From the human T2T-CHM13v2.0 reference genome, Homo sapiens, in NCBI RefSeq assembly GCF_009914755.1, contig NC_060932.1: 64,000 nt of DNA; one strand, written 5' to 3'. The notes below the pieces were generated by a model. That model did no database searches and was not told where the DNA came from. It saw nothing but the letters and a program-made list of their open reading frames with translations. Positions 30,238 through 43,904 of the stretch are shown here, piece after piece. The translations under genes were made by a program, and so were the position numbers. The number at the start of each line of letters is the position of its first letter. Position 1 is the first letter of the stretch.

Positions 30238-31790
30238 TAACAAATATTTATCAAGTGTTCACTATGTGCTAGACACAGTTCAGTGTGCTTGAATATATTA
30301 GTGAACAAATCAAAACAAAGTTTCATATCTAAGAAGTTTACCTTCTAAACAATAAGCAATAAACATAAGCAAATCATATGATAACATAATACTTCATATT
30401 TGGTAGTACAATAATGTGACTATAATCAAAATAATGTAATTATACATTTTGAAATAACTAAAAGAGTATAATTGGATTGTTTGTAACACAAAAGATAAAT
30501 GCTTGAGGGGATGGATATCAGATATCTTATTTTCCATGATGTGATTATTATGCATTGCAAAATATCAAAATATCTCATGTACCCTATAAATATTCTTCTA
30601 CTATATATCCACAAATGTTAAAAAATTTTAAAAAATTATACAATCATATGCTAGCAATTGATGAATGCTATTAAATAATAACACAAAAAGTAAACCAAGG
30701 AAAGGAGAAACATGAATGAAAAACAAAATTTGGACAAAGATTTAAGTGAGGTGAGAGTATTTCAGGAAGAGAATGCTACAAATATAAAAGGTTATGCCGG
30801 TGTGTGTGTGCGTGGTGTGGCAATGCAAGGAGCAAATGTGACTTGAGTAGAGTAAGAGGGAGGTATGTAGGAGAAGAAGAAGTGATGATGTTGGATAATT
30901 AAGGGCAAATGACAGCCGTTGTAAAGACTCTAGCTTTTACTCGGAGTGCAATGGAGAGCAAAAGCAGGGTTTTGAAGAAAAAGTGGCATTATCTGACTCA
31001 TGTTTGAAAATAATTACTTATTACTCCTATAATAATAGACAGTTGGGCAACAACCATGGAAAAGAGGTGGGAGGAGGGCATTTTAGGGGTTATTGCAATA
31101 ATTTATATGACACGATGACTCAGACCAGGCTGATAGGAGTGAAGGAAGTAGAAATTGATTGGATTCTGATTATACCTTAAAGTTAGAACTGATAAGATTT
31201 TCCAATGAATTAGAAGTAGGATATGATGGAAATTAAGAAGTCAAGGATGATGACAAGCTTTTTGAACAGAGTAATTGGCAGAATTGATTTGCCATCAACT
31301 GAGTTGGTAAACTTGTGGAGAGTCAGAGTGAAGTTTAAAAATTATTCGTTGTTTTAATTTAAAATGTCTTTTGGACATCTAAGGTAAAAGCAAATGAACA
31401 GTTGAATATATGCATCTAGATCATAAGAGAGACATCTGGACTAGAGTCATAAGTTAGTGAATTAATGAATGTTAATCCATATACATGCTATTAAAATCAT
31501 GAGACTGGATGAGATCACCAAGATGGTGAGTATAGATACAGAAGTAAATAGGAACAAAGGATGAGCCTTGGAACCATCCACTATTAAGAGATTATAGAGA
31601 AGAAGGGAAACCTGCAAAAGCTAAGAAATAAAGAATTAAAAAGTAAGAAAAAAATAGGGAAAATATGTGGCATCAGAGTGTGTGAGGAATCCATTGTCAA
31701 ATGTTGCTGAAAGATCAAGCTAGGGAAGGACTGATGGATTAACTGATGAGAAATGTTATTGATGATCTTACTATGAGTAGTGTGCGCAAA
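30238..31790 (-). mobile_element. L2a-like LINE, interrupted by an L1MA fragment
   Basis: caaatatttatcaagtgttcactatgtgctagacac (reverse L2 3' end), then purine-rich L2 body including agtcaaggatga, gagactggatgagatcacc and tgtcaaatgttgctga. Confidence 0.75.
30384..30638 (+). mobile_element. L1MA1/L1MA2-type 3' end inserted in the L2
   Basis: aaataactaaaagagtataattggattgtttgtaacacaaaagataaatgcttgaggggatgg; likely TSD aatcatatg at 30372 and 30642. Confidence 0.85.
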
Positions 31791-31794
31791 GGAA

Positions 31795-32068
31795 TAGAGG
31801 ATACTGAAACTATTCTGTATGATAGTTTAATGGTAAATGTATGTCCTGATACTTGTCAAACCCATAGAATGTACAGCACAAAAAGTGAACTCTAATGTAA
31901 ACTATAGACTCTGGTTACTAATATTAAATCAATATTAGATCATTAATTCTAAGAAATGTACCCTCCTAATTCAAGGTGTTAATAATGAGAGAAATAGGAA
32001 AGAAAGCATAGAAGAACTGTACTTTCTGCTCAGTTTTTCTGCAAACCTGAAACTGCTATACAAAATAC
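31795..32068 (+). mobile_element. L1MC-type 3' end
   Basis: gaaactattctgtatgata...gtcaaacccatagaatgtacagcac...tgtaaactatagact...tgtactttctgctcagtttttctg. Confidence 0.8.
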
Positions 32069-32070
32069 TC

Positions 32071-32147
32071 TATGTGTATGTGTATTTACACACACACACA
32101 CACATATATATATATACACATACATATATACACACATACATATATAT
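32071..32147. repeat. Compound (TG)/(CA)/(TA) microsatellite
   Basis: Direct reading; sits at the L1MC tail. Confidence 0.9.
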
Positions 32148-35100
32148 GGATTTTAAGTGAGGTAAATTGGTTATCCATAAAAATTAAATAAAATAATATA
32201 CTATTATCATTAGCATTGCACGTGTTATCTGTGAACACAGTAAACTGACCAGGATTATCAAAAGGTAAAATTGCATGAAGCTTGAGAGATTCAATTCAAA
32301 AAGAAATATATACTTATGAAATTGTTAGATAATGTGATCACTTCTGCCATGTAAAAAATTTTTTCATTAGTTTTAGTTACAGGTCTAGTACCCATACTAA
32401 ACATGCACACTTTCTGCATATGGTGAGTATTTAATACAATTTACAATTCAGGTAGCCTTGAAATGTATCTAGGTATTTATACCCTTTAAGAATGTCTGAG
32501 AATAATTACTCTAAATGCTTAATTTTTAATGGACTGTAATTTCAGTACTTAATGTAAAAAAAAAATACATTATGTGCTCCAGAGATAAAAAGACCAGAAG
32601 GTTCAGATCTTATAGGTTACTGCCATAAAGCCTCTTATGACCCTTTTTGTGCAAGCAATAATCTTAGCATGATAATTACCTCGAGGAAGATCACTGTGCT
32701 CTCCATTCAGTATAATTGCTGACTGTAAATGAACTTTATCTGAACATACTCATAAAAATGAATGTATTGACATATCTACCTTTGAATTCTGTAAGTATAA
32801 TGCAAACAATAGGCTGATATTGACAGCTGGATAGGAAGATAAGCCATAAAAACAAAGTTTAAACATGAAAGTGTTGATACTGCCAGAAGGAAAAAAAGAG
32901 AAAGAAGTGAACCAGTCCAAAGATCTTTATTGAGTAAGGTGAACATATGTTCCAGTTGGCCTGAAAACATTCTGATTCAAGCCTCTTGTCCTTACCTCTT
33001 TCACTTTCAAAAGTATTACAGTTGGACACTAAATTTTATGGTCACTTGAAGGTTAAATGTTGCTACTTTATAGAAAGGAGTACTATTGGGGATAGATATA
33101 TATTTTGCCCTATTATAGTTACAAATAAATTGTGCTTATTGTGCTTTAGTCCTTAGATGTTGAATACTCATTCCATTATTTCCCAAATCTACTCTGCGTA
33201 AGCAGGGCTAAACTTCACAGACAGACTAGTAACAGAAACCCTCACACCACTATATAAACAGTGTGTGAGGCCAAAGGAAATGGACCAAAAATGATTATTT
33301 TATGACTTTTGCCATCCGATGTTTACTCTGACCTCTCACAGAAGAATTATACCTTCACACACCACAGAGTAATTCTTGTTATTTCAAAGAAAGAATTTGA
33401 TGGGATTTTTTCTTTAAAAAAAGAAGCAGCTCAGCCTAAATCAGTCTTGTTCATAGTGGCCAGACTTTCCTAACAACAATCTTCACAGTGTCCTTTCAAA
33501 GCTCATCAAAACTCTATGTTATTCATAATAAAAACAGTGACAACATAGTTGGTACATTTGTCTTCAATACAAAGTTTAATTTGAATTTTTTTTACTAACA
33601 CATTGTTCCAAAAGTAATCTAGTAAAGGAACAGGAAGTTTTAGGGTATTAAAAAGTACATTATGTTAAATGCAGCTATAAATGTTGTATGGGTTAATGGT
33701 TGATTTTAATGTTGTTAGCTTTAAAGATGTATTTCCATAATTATTCTAAATAAGCTGTTTTTTACTATTTTAATATTTATATAAAAAATTTATCCTAGTG
33801 TTGTTAAGGTTCTGTTAATGTTGTTAAAATATGTTAATGTGTTCATGTTTTTTTTATTTTTTTCCAGGCATACTGTATTAAGCATTTCAATAAATATTTA
33901 ATTAACTGCTCCACAATATATCCATAGAGAAGAATTTTTCTTCTGGGAAATATTGATGGAAATTCCGTAGAGATATATAAATTTGTACATGAAAATTGTT
34001 TGCCATTGGCAAAAAAAGAAAAACACATGATTTTGTATGGTGAATAATGTAATGTGCTAGTCACATTTTATGTAACACAACTGGCTTTCTTGATTATGTT
34101 CACATAACTTCCTTTTTGGTTTTTGGTTTGAGATGAATGCTACTTCTCTTACTGAGGAAGATGGAAGATTTATTAATTTAAAAACTAAGAAAGCATTACT
34201 TCAAAACTAAGTCTTTGGCCATTGCTCTTCATACACTCACATACACTCCATGATGTGTATATTTCATAAAACCATTTGTTATGTTGAGAAACTTCATGAC
34301 TGCTTTTCCTTCATTTCATACAAATTAGATAAGTTAGACAAAATATGCATTTATATGTAAAGCATATTATAAACTTGTATTTCCATTTTTTATTCTCATT
34401 TTGTTAATGATAGCCTTCTCTGAGTCAAGAAATAGTCAAAAGTAGAGCGGAAGACAGTGCAGAAAATATCTTTTTGCAGCAGGACAGTACTCCTATGGAA
34501 AAGTGTGGGACTAGGGCTCATCGCTGTGCTATCTAAATAACTCAGGAAGCTGCAGAGAGAAGTCAGTTCATGCCATTAAACCAGAGAAAGAAGACAACTC
34601 TGAAAAATGGAAGATTCTCCTTTCTAGAATGCCAGAACTTCTGCCTTTGATATCTTAAAATTTGCAAAGCCCCTTCTGTAATTTTTAGATATCTTGAGTT
34701 CTAAATGTGCTGATAGCCAGCGCTCATGTGTTAACTACACAGGCTCAGCATGAGGATTGCGCTTAGGAAGAACAAAAATATTATACAAGGAGGCAAAAAA
34801 GAACTTTTTCTCAAGAGGCTTACAGTCTCGTTAGGGAGACAACATAGCTGTACATGAAAAATAGAATATGAACAAAAAATATATAATAGTGTATAATGAG
34901 AAATGTAAAGTGAGAAAATAAAATCTATGAGAAAGGTTGTTAAACTTTACATAAACCCTACTAATAGTGAATGCATGATTACTGCTTGCAAAGCCGCTTC
35001 ACACAAATTATTTCATTCAATATTTCTTACCTTCCTCACAAAAAACTCTAAGTATCATGGTATAATTAGTTTTTATTTATTTTATTATATTTATGAGTTA

Positions 35101-35489
35101 TTTTAAGGGTCAAAATTAAAGTGAAATTAGACAGAAAATAGTGTTTATTTAAATAGCTATTTAATTTGGGATCTTCCCATTTTATTTTCACATTACCTCT
35201 TTCATAATTTTGTTTTATCTTTCTTTTTCACTTGTGCATTTATAACATAATGAATAATACCATGAATTTTTAAAGCCACTCCAAATCCTTTATTGAATAA
35301 TAAAATGAAATAAATATAAATTAAATATGACATTATTTGCTCTGTTTTACAGATAAAGAAACTGAGTATTTGTGAGAATAAATGACCATTATAAATAACC
35401 TACTAGGAGTAATAAGTCATATAGTATGGACCTTCTCTTCTCTTGAAGCCACGGTCTCTCTCAAAATGGGAACAAATTTGTGAACAACG

Positions 35490-36290
35490 TTCATTTATTC
35501 AACAACTATTTACTGAACAGCTACTATGTGCTAGACATTGTGCTAGGTACTGAAGAGCCAGTGGTGAATAAGGTATAGAAGATCTTTCATGACGCTTAGA
35601 TTCTACTTAAGAGAGTTAGAAAATAAACTAACAAGAAAATAAACAAAAACTTCAGAGTAGTAATTTAAAAAAATAGACCGATAATGTGATAGCAACTACT
35701 GTGTGATGGACAGGAGAGATTTCTCTGAAGTTGTAGTATTTGAATTGCTACCTATGGAATGGGAAGGGACCTGATATTTTTTTAAACAGTGGTGAAAAGA
35801 GTTTTCACAAGATTTAGGAACATGTTGAAGGGCTAGGAGACGAGAAAGTACTGGCAGTATCTAAGAAAAGGGAAAGAAGTTTAAGGTTTTGGAGTCTGGT
35901 GACCAGAGAGACAGTAGTCTGAGAAGAATCCTGTGAGGTAAGCCAAGGTCTGGTCATCCAGAGCTTTGGAGACCGTGGTGATAAAAGAGTATAACTTTGC
36001 TTTTGTAGCAGCGGGTAGCTGTGTACGGGGTTTTAAGCAATCCAAAGGCATACCATGAATAAGCAGAAAGTCAGCCAGGTTAGGATCTGTAGGAAACATC
36101 ACTGAAATTTTATAGGTGATGGATAGAGAGAAACATCTCTCTCTCTCTCTATCAATTAATCAATTGATCTATTGATCCAATGATCTAGATAGATGATAAT
36201 TAGAGGGCAGTTTTGATTTGCCACTTAGGTGGGAGGTGAAGCACCCATGGGGATATTTAAGAAGCAACAGATATTAGCATATTAGCTAAA
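35490..36290 (-). mobile_element. L2 fragment
   Basis: tcatttattcaacaactatttactgaacagctactatgtgctagacattgtgctaggtactg is the reverse L2 3' end; right boundary approximate. Confidence 0.7.
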
Positions 36291-36537
36291 CTACATTTGA
36301 TGAGGATGAATCTGTTAACTAAAGACCTTTAGCTTTGTGAGTAGGGTCTGCAGGCAGCATTGATACACACTCCTCAACCTCTACCCAGCACTAAGCTGTG
36401 TTCAGCCTCTAGGCATGTGTAGAGGAAGCACTTAAAGAATATCAGTTTTAAGAGTGTCCAATGATTAACATCCAGTATACTTTCAAATCTTCAGCTAGTT
36501 CTGATGTTAATATAACCTTTCCCTTAAAATGTATGCT

Positions 36538-37147
36538 GATGGTATTGCCTAGGTTTTCTTCCAGCGTTTTTATTGTTTTACGTTTTACGTTTAAGTCTTT
36601 AATCCATCTTGAGTTAATTTTTGTATAAGGTGTAAGGAAGGGGTCCAGTTTCAGTTTTCTGCATATAGCTAGCCAGTTTTCCCAACACCACTTATTAAAT
36701 AGGGAATCCTTTCCCCATTGCTTGTTTTTGTCAGGTTTGTCAAAGATCAGATGCTTGTAGATGTGTGGTGTTATTTCTGAGGCCTCTGTTCTGTTCCATT
36801 CATCTATAAAAATGATGAGTTCATGTCCTTTGCAGGGACATGGATGAAGCTGGAAACCATCATTCTCAGCAAACTAACACAGGAACAGAAAACCAAACAC
36901 CGCATGTTCTCACTCATAGCTGGGAGTTGAACAATGAGAACACGTGGACACAGGGAGGAGAACATCACACACTGAGGCCTGTTGGGGGGTTGGGGGCTAG
37001 GGGAGGGAGAGCATTAGGAGAAATACCTAATGTAGATGATGGGTTGATGGGTGCAGCAAACCACCATGGCACTTGCATACCTATGTAACAAACCTGCACA
37101 TTCTGCACATGTATCCCAGAACTTAGAGTACAATAATAATAAAAAAA
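36538..37147 (+). mobile_element. 5'-truncated, 5'-inverted L1PA7-like insertion
   Basis: 36538-36807 is antisense ORF2; 36805-37147 is the sense ORF2 end, 3'UTR and A-tail. 3'UTR gatgatgggttgatgggtgcagcaaaccaccatggc is L1PA7-like. Confidence 0.9.
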
Positions 37148-37626
37148 TCAAATAAAAGTAGTTTGGGCACTGACCAATGATAAAAGTATCATTAATAATG
37201 AAATATTATGAAGCCAAAAAAAGTATGCTTATAGAATTATTGGAAATCAATAATAGTTTACTGGTGCATTTGCCTTAGTGCTTTTTCAGCCATATGTGGA
37301 TTTCAGTTTCTCTTAAGCTTGAAACCCCAACACTTTTTCAAAGATAGTGAAAGACTTCTTAAGTATTATTCCAAAGTCATTCAATGCACTGCTTGCTTAG
37401 AAATAGAAATTCTTTTTTTATTATTATACTTCAAGTTATAGGGTACATGTGCACAATGTGCAGGTTTGATACATAGGTATACATGTGCCATGTTGGTTTG
37501 CTGCACCCATCAACTCATCATTTACATTAGATATTTCTACTAATGCTATCCCTCCCCCAGCCCCCCACCCTTCAACAGGCCCCAGTGTGTGATGTTCCCT
37601 GCCCTATGTCCAAGTTATCTCATTGT

Positions 37627-40600
37627 TCAATTCCCACCTATGAGTGAGAACATGCAGTGTTTGGTTTTCTGATCTTGGGATAGTTTTCTGAGAATGATGG
37701 TTTCCAGCTTCATCCATGTCCCTGCAAAGGAAATGAACTCATCCTTTTTTATGGCTGCATAGTATTTCATGGTGTGTATGTGCCACATTTTCTTAATCCA
37801 GTCTATCATTATGGACATTTGGATTCATTCCAATTCTTTGCTATTGTGAATAGTGCCACAATAAACATACATCTGCATGTGTCTTTATAGTAGCATGATT
37901 TATAATCCTTTGGGTATATACCCAGTGATGAGATTGCTGGGTCAAATGGTAATTCTAGTTCTAGATCCTTGAGGAGTTGCCACACTGCCTTCCACAATGG
38001 TTGAACTAATTTACACTGCCACCAACAGTGTAAAAGTGTTCCTATTTCTCCACATCCTCTCCAACATCTGTTGTTTCCTGACTTTTTAATGATTGCTGGC
38101 ATGAGACGGTATCTCATTGTGGTTTTGATTTGCATTTCTGTGATGACCAGTGATGATGAGCATTTTTTCATGGGTCTGTTGGCTGCATAGATGTCTTCTT
38201 TTGAGAAGTGTCTGTTCATATCCTTTGCCCACGTTTTGATGGGGTTGTTTTTTTCTTATAAATTTGTATGAGTTCTTTGCAGATTCTAGATATTAGCCCT
38301 TTGTCAGATGGGTAGATTGCAAAATTTTTCTCCCATTCTGTAGGTTGCCTGTTCACTCTGATGGTAGTTTCTTTTGCCATGCAGAAGCTCTTTACTTTAA
38401 TTAAATCTCATTTGTCTATTTTGGCTTTTGTTGCCATTGTTTTTGGTGTTTTAGTCATGAAGTCCTTCCCCATGCCTATGCCCTGAATGGTATCGTGTTG
38501 GTTTTCTCCTAGGGTTTTTATGGTTTTAGGTCTAACATTTAAGTCTTTAATCCATCTTGAATTAATTTTTGTATAAGGTGTAAGGAAGGGATACAGTTTC
38601 AGCTTTCTACATATGGCTAGCCAGTTTTCACAGCACCATTTATTAAATATGGAATCCTTTCCCTATTTATTGTTTTTGTTGGGTTTGTCAGACATCAGAT
38701 GGTTGTAGATGTGTGGTGTTATTTCTGAGGCCTCTGATCTGTTCCAATGGTCTATATATCTGTTTTGGTACCAGCACCATGCTGTTTTGATTACTGTAGC
38801 CTTGTAGTATAGTTTGAAGTCAGGTAACGTGATGCCTCCAGCTTTGTTCTTTTGGCTTAGGATTATCTTGGCAATGTGGGCTCTTTTTTGGTTCCATATG
38901 AACTTTAAAGTAGTTTTCCAATTCTGTGAAGAAAGTCATTTATAGCTTGATGGGGATGGCATTGAATCTATAAATTGCCTTGGGCAGTATGGCCATTTTC
39001 ACAATACTGATTCTTCCTACCCATGAGCATGGAATATTCTTCCATTTGTTTGCTTCCTCTTTTATTTTGTTGAGCAGTGATTTGTAGTTCTCCTTGAAGA
39101 GTTCCTTCACATACCTTGTAAGTTGGATTCCTAGGTATTTTATTCTCTTTGAAGCAATTGTGAATGGGAGTTCACTCATGATTTGGCTCTCTGTTTGTCC
39201 GTTAATGGTGTATAGGAATGCTTGTGAATTTTGCATATTGATTTTGTATCCTGAGACTGCTGAAGTTGCTTATCAGCTCAAGGAGACTTTGAGCTGAGAT
39301 GATAGGGTTTTCTAAATATACAGTCATGTCATCTGCAAACAGGGACAATTTGACTTCCTTATTTCCTAATTGAATACCCTTTTTTTTTCTTTCTCTTACC
39401 TGATTGCCCTGGCCAGAACTTCCAACACTATGTTGAATAGGAATGGTGAGAGAGGGCATCCCTGTCTTGCGCTGGTTTTCATAGGGAATGCTTCCAGTTT
39501 TGGTCCATTCAGTATGATATTGGCTATGGGTTTGTCATAAATAGCTCTTATTATTTTGAGATATATTCCATCAATACCTAGTTTATTGAGAGTTTTAGCA
39601 TGAAGGGGTGTTGAATTTTGTTGAAAGCCTTTTCTGCATCTACTGCAATAATCATGTGGTTTTTGTCATTGGTTCTGTTATGTGATGGATTATGTTTATT
39701 CTTTTACGTATGTTGAACCAGTCTTGCATCCCAGGAAGAAAGCCAACTTGATCGTGGTGGATAAGCTTTTTGATGTGCTGCTGGATTCGGTTTGCCAGTA
39801 TTTTACTGAGGATTTTTGCATCGATGTTCATCAGGGATATTGGTCTAAAATTCTCTTTTTGTGTTGTGTCTCTGCAAGACTTTGGTATCAGGATGATGTT
39901 GGCTTCATAAAATGAGTTAGGGAGGATTCCCTCTTTTTCTATTGATTGAAATAGTTTCAGAAGGAATGGTACCAGCTCCTCTTTGTACCTTTGGTAGAAT
40001 TTGGCTGTGAATCTATCTGGTCCTGGGCTTTTTTGGTTGGTAGGCTATTAATTATTGCCTCAACTTCACAGCCTGTTATTGATCTATTCAGAGATTGAAC
40101 TTCTTCCTGGTTTAGTCTTGGGAGGGTGTATGTGTTCAGGAATTTATCCATTTCTTCTATGTTTTCTAGTTTATTTGCATAGAGGTGTTTATAGTATTCT
40201 CTGATGGTAGTTTGTATTTCTGTGGGATTGGTGGTGATATCCCCTTTATCATTTTTTATTGTGTCTATTTGATTCTTCTCTCTTTTCTTCTTTATTAGTC
40301 TTGCTAGTGGTCTATCAATTTTTTTGATCTTTTAAAAAAAACAGCTCCTATTTTCATTGATTTTTTTGAAGGGTTTTTTGTGTCTCTATCTCTTTCAGTT
40401 CTGCTCTGATCTTACTTATTTCTTGCCTTCTGCTAGCTTTTGAATTTGTTGGCTCTGGCTTCTGTAGTTCTTTTAATTGTGAGGTTAGGATTTCAATTTT
40501 AGATCTTTCCTGCTTTCTCTTGTGGGCATTTAGTGCTATAAATTTCCCTCTACACACTGCTTTAAATGTGTCCCAGAGATTCTGGTACATTGTGTCTTTG

Positions 40601-41430
40601 TTTTCATTGGTTTCAAAGAACATCTTTATTTCTGCCTTCATTTCTTTATTTACCCAGTAGTCATTCAGGAGCAAGTTGTTCAGTTTGCATGTCGTTTTTC
40701 GGTTTTGAGTGAGTTTCTTAATCCTGAGTTCTAGTTTGATTGCACTGTGGTCTGAGAGACTGTTGTGATTTCTGTTCTTTTACATTTGCTGAGGAGTGCT
40801 TTACTTCCAATTATGTGGTCAATTTTAGAATAAGTGCAATGTGGTGCTGAGAAGAATGTATATTCTGTTTATTTGGCGTGGAGAACTCCGTAGATGTCTA
40901 TTAGGTCTGCCTGTTGCAGAGCTATGTTCAGGTCCTGGATATCCTTGTTAACCTTCTGTCACATTGATCTGTCTAATATTTACAGTGGGGTGTTAAAGTC
41001 TCCTATTATTATTGTGTGGGAGTCTAAGTCTCTTCATAGGTCTCTAAGGACTTGTTTTATGAATCTGTGTGCTCCTGTAATGGGTGCATATATATTTAGC
41101 ATAGTTAACTCTTCTTGTTGAATTGATCCCTTTACCATTATGTAATGGCCTTCTTTGACCTTTGTTGGTTTAAAGTCTGTTTTATCAGAGACTAGGATTG
41201 CAACCCCTGCTCTTTTTTTTTTTTTGCTTCCCATTTGCTTTGTAGATCTCCCTATATCCCTTTATTTTGAGCCCATATGCGTCTTTGCATGTGAGATGGG
41301 TCTCCTGAATACAGCACACTGATGGGTCTTGACTCTTTATCCAATTTGCCAGTCTGTGTCTTTTAATTGGGGCATTTAGCCCATTTACATGTAAGGTTAA
41401 TACTGTTATGTGTGAATTTGATCCTGTCAT
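37627..41430 (-). pseudogene. L1 ORF2p, disrupted
   Basis: MTGSNSHITVLT at 41430; LFADDM fragment; ends SLIGGN* at 37627; split into many ORF pieces. Confidence 0.92.
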
Positions 41431-41493
41431 TATGATGTTAGCTGGTAATTTTGCCTGTTAATTGATGCAGTTTCTTCATAGCATCAATGGTCT

Positions 41494-42516
41494 TTACAAT
41501 TTGGCCTGTTTTTGCAGTGGCTAGTACCAGTTGTTTCTTTCCATGTTTAATGCTTCCTTCAGGAGCTCTTTAGGGCAGGCCTGGTGGTGAGAAAGTCTCT
41601 CAGCATTTCCTTGTCTGTGAAGGATTTTATTTATCCTTCATTTTGAAGTTTAGTTTGGCTGGATATGAAATTCTGGGTTGAAAATTCTTTTCTTTACGAA
41701 TGTTGAATATTGGCCCCCACTCTCTTCTGGCTTGTAGGGTTTCTGCTGAGAGACCTGCTGTTAGTCTAATGGGCTTCCCTTTGTGGGTAACCTGATCTTT
41801 CTCTCCGGCTGCCCTTAACACTTTCTCCTTCATTTCAACCTTGGTGAATCTGATAATTATGTGTCTTGGGGTTGCTCTTCTTGAGGAATATCTTAGTGGT
41901 GTTCTCTGTATTTCCTGAATTTGAATGTTGGCCTGCCTTGCTATGTTGCAGAAGTTCTCCTAGATAATGTCCTGAAGAGTATTTTCCAACTTGGTTTCAT
42001 TCTCCCCATCACTTTCAGGTATACCAATCAAATGTAGGTTGGTCTTTTCACATACTCCCATATTTCTTGGAGGCTTTATTCATTTCTTTATACTCTTTTA
42101 TCTCTAACCTTGTCTTCCCACTTTATTTCATTAATTTGATCTTCAATCACGGATACCCTTTCCTCCACTTGATCGAATTGGCTATTGAAGCTTGTGCATG
42201 TGTCATGAAGTACTTGTGCCATGGTTTTCAGCTCCATCAGGTCATTTAAGGTCTTCTCTACACTGTTTATTCTAGTTAGCCATTTGCCTAATCTTTCTTC
42301 AAGGTCTTTAGCTTCCTTGCGATGGGTTTGAACATCCTCCTTTAGCTTGGAGAAGTTTGTTTTTACCAACCTTCTGAAGCCTACTTCTGTCAACTCATCA
42401 AAGTCATTCTCTGTCCAGTTTTGTTCCATTGCTGGTGAGGAGCTGTGTTCCTTTGGAGGAGAAGAGGTGTTGTGGTTTTTAGAATTTTCAGCTTTTCTGC
42501 TCTGATTTCTCTCCAT
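41494..42516 (-). pseudogene. L1 ORF1p, disrupted
   Basis: MERNQSRKAENSK fragment 42088-42516 and MKEKVLRAA fragment 41627-41833; stops and frameshifts between them. Confidence 0.88.
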
Positions 42517-43904
42517 CTTTGTAGTTTTATCTAACTTTGGTCTTTGATGTTGGTGACCTACAGATGTGGTTTTGGTGTAGATGACTTTTTGTTGATGTTT
42601 ATGCTATTCCTTTCTGTTTGTTAGCTTTTCTTCTAACAGTCAGGTCCCTCAGCTGCAGGTCTGTTGGAGTTTGCTGGAGTTCCACTCCAGACCCTGTTTG
42701 CCTGCATATCACCAGTGGAGGCTGCAGAACAGCAAATTTTGCTGCCTGATCCTTCCTCTGGAAGCTTTGTCTCAGAGGGGCAGCTGCCTATATGAGGTGC
42801 CAGTCAGCCCCTACTGGGAGATGTCTCCCAGTTATGCTACATAGGGGTCAGGGACCCACTTGAGGAGGCAGTCTGTCCATTATCAGAGTTCAAACACCAT
42901 GCTGGGGGAACCATTGCTCTCTTCAGAGCTGTCAGACAGGGATGTTTAAGTCTGCAGAAGTTGTCTGCTGACTTTTGTTCAGCTATTCCCTGCCCACAGA
43001 GGTGGAGTCTAGAGGCAGTAGGCTTTGTTGAGCTGTGGTAGGCTCTGCCCAGTTTGAGCTTCCTGGTGGCTTTGTTTACCTACTCAGGCATCAGCAATGG
43101 CAGATGCGCCTCCCGCAGCCAGGTTGCTGTCTTGCAGATCCATCTCAGACTGCTGTGCTAGCAGTGAGCAAGGCTCCGTGTGCATGGGAGCCGCCTAGCC
43201 AGACACGGGAGAGAATAATCTTGTCTGCCGGTTGCTAAGACCTTAGGAAAAGCACAGTATTTGTGTGAGAGTGTCCCATTTTTCCAGGTAGTCTGTCATG
43301 GCTTCCCTTGACTAGGAAAGGGAAAGCACTTCCCAGGTAAGGCAATGCCCCGCCCTGCTTCAGCTCACCCTCCATGGGCTGCACCCAATGTCCAATCAGT
43401 CCCAATGAGAAGAACCAGGTACCTCAGTTGGAAATGCAGAAATCACCCATCTTCTGCATTGATCACACTGGGATCTACAGACCAGAGCTGTTCCTATTAG
43501 GCCATCTTGGAAGGCCTTCCCAAAATAGAAATCCTTGTATTCTTTCATTTTTCCAAGATTAAGAAGGAGTAATATATATGGTAAATAATAGGGAGATACT
43601 AAAATTAGGTCAGCCTCCATAACCCTTAATAACTTAATGATGATTCAATCCACTTGAAGCCTTAAAAACCAAGTACAAATATACTATAGTACATGTTATA
43701 AAAATTTTTGTCTGCTCTTATTCTGAATAGCTGAAGGTATGAGATTTCCTTTTAGCATTAAGCACACTGAAACATTTCACAAAAATGTTGATTTTAGTAT
43801 TAAAGAAAATGGTACTCACATGATTTTAAATAAATGTAAGTTAAATTTCCATCCAATTCAACGCACATACCATTGTGTTTCTACCAATATTGTCTTTCTA
43901 CCAA

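Larger units (their letters stand above)
37415..43522 (-). mobile_element. Full-length LINE-1, L1PA6-like, inactivated
   Basis: 5' end is the reverse of ttccaagatggcctaataggaacagc (~43490-43512); T-rich tail at ~37413-37426; TSD aaatagaaattctt (37401-37414) / aaatagaaatcctt (43523-43536); retains the ZNF93-region segment (~42660-42790). Confidence 0.94.
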
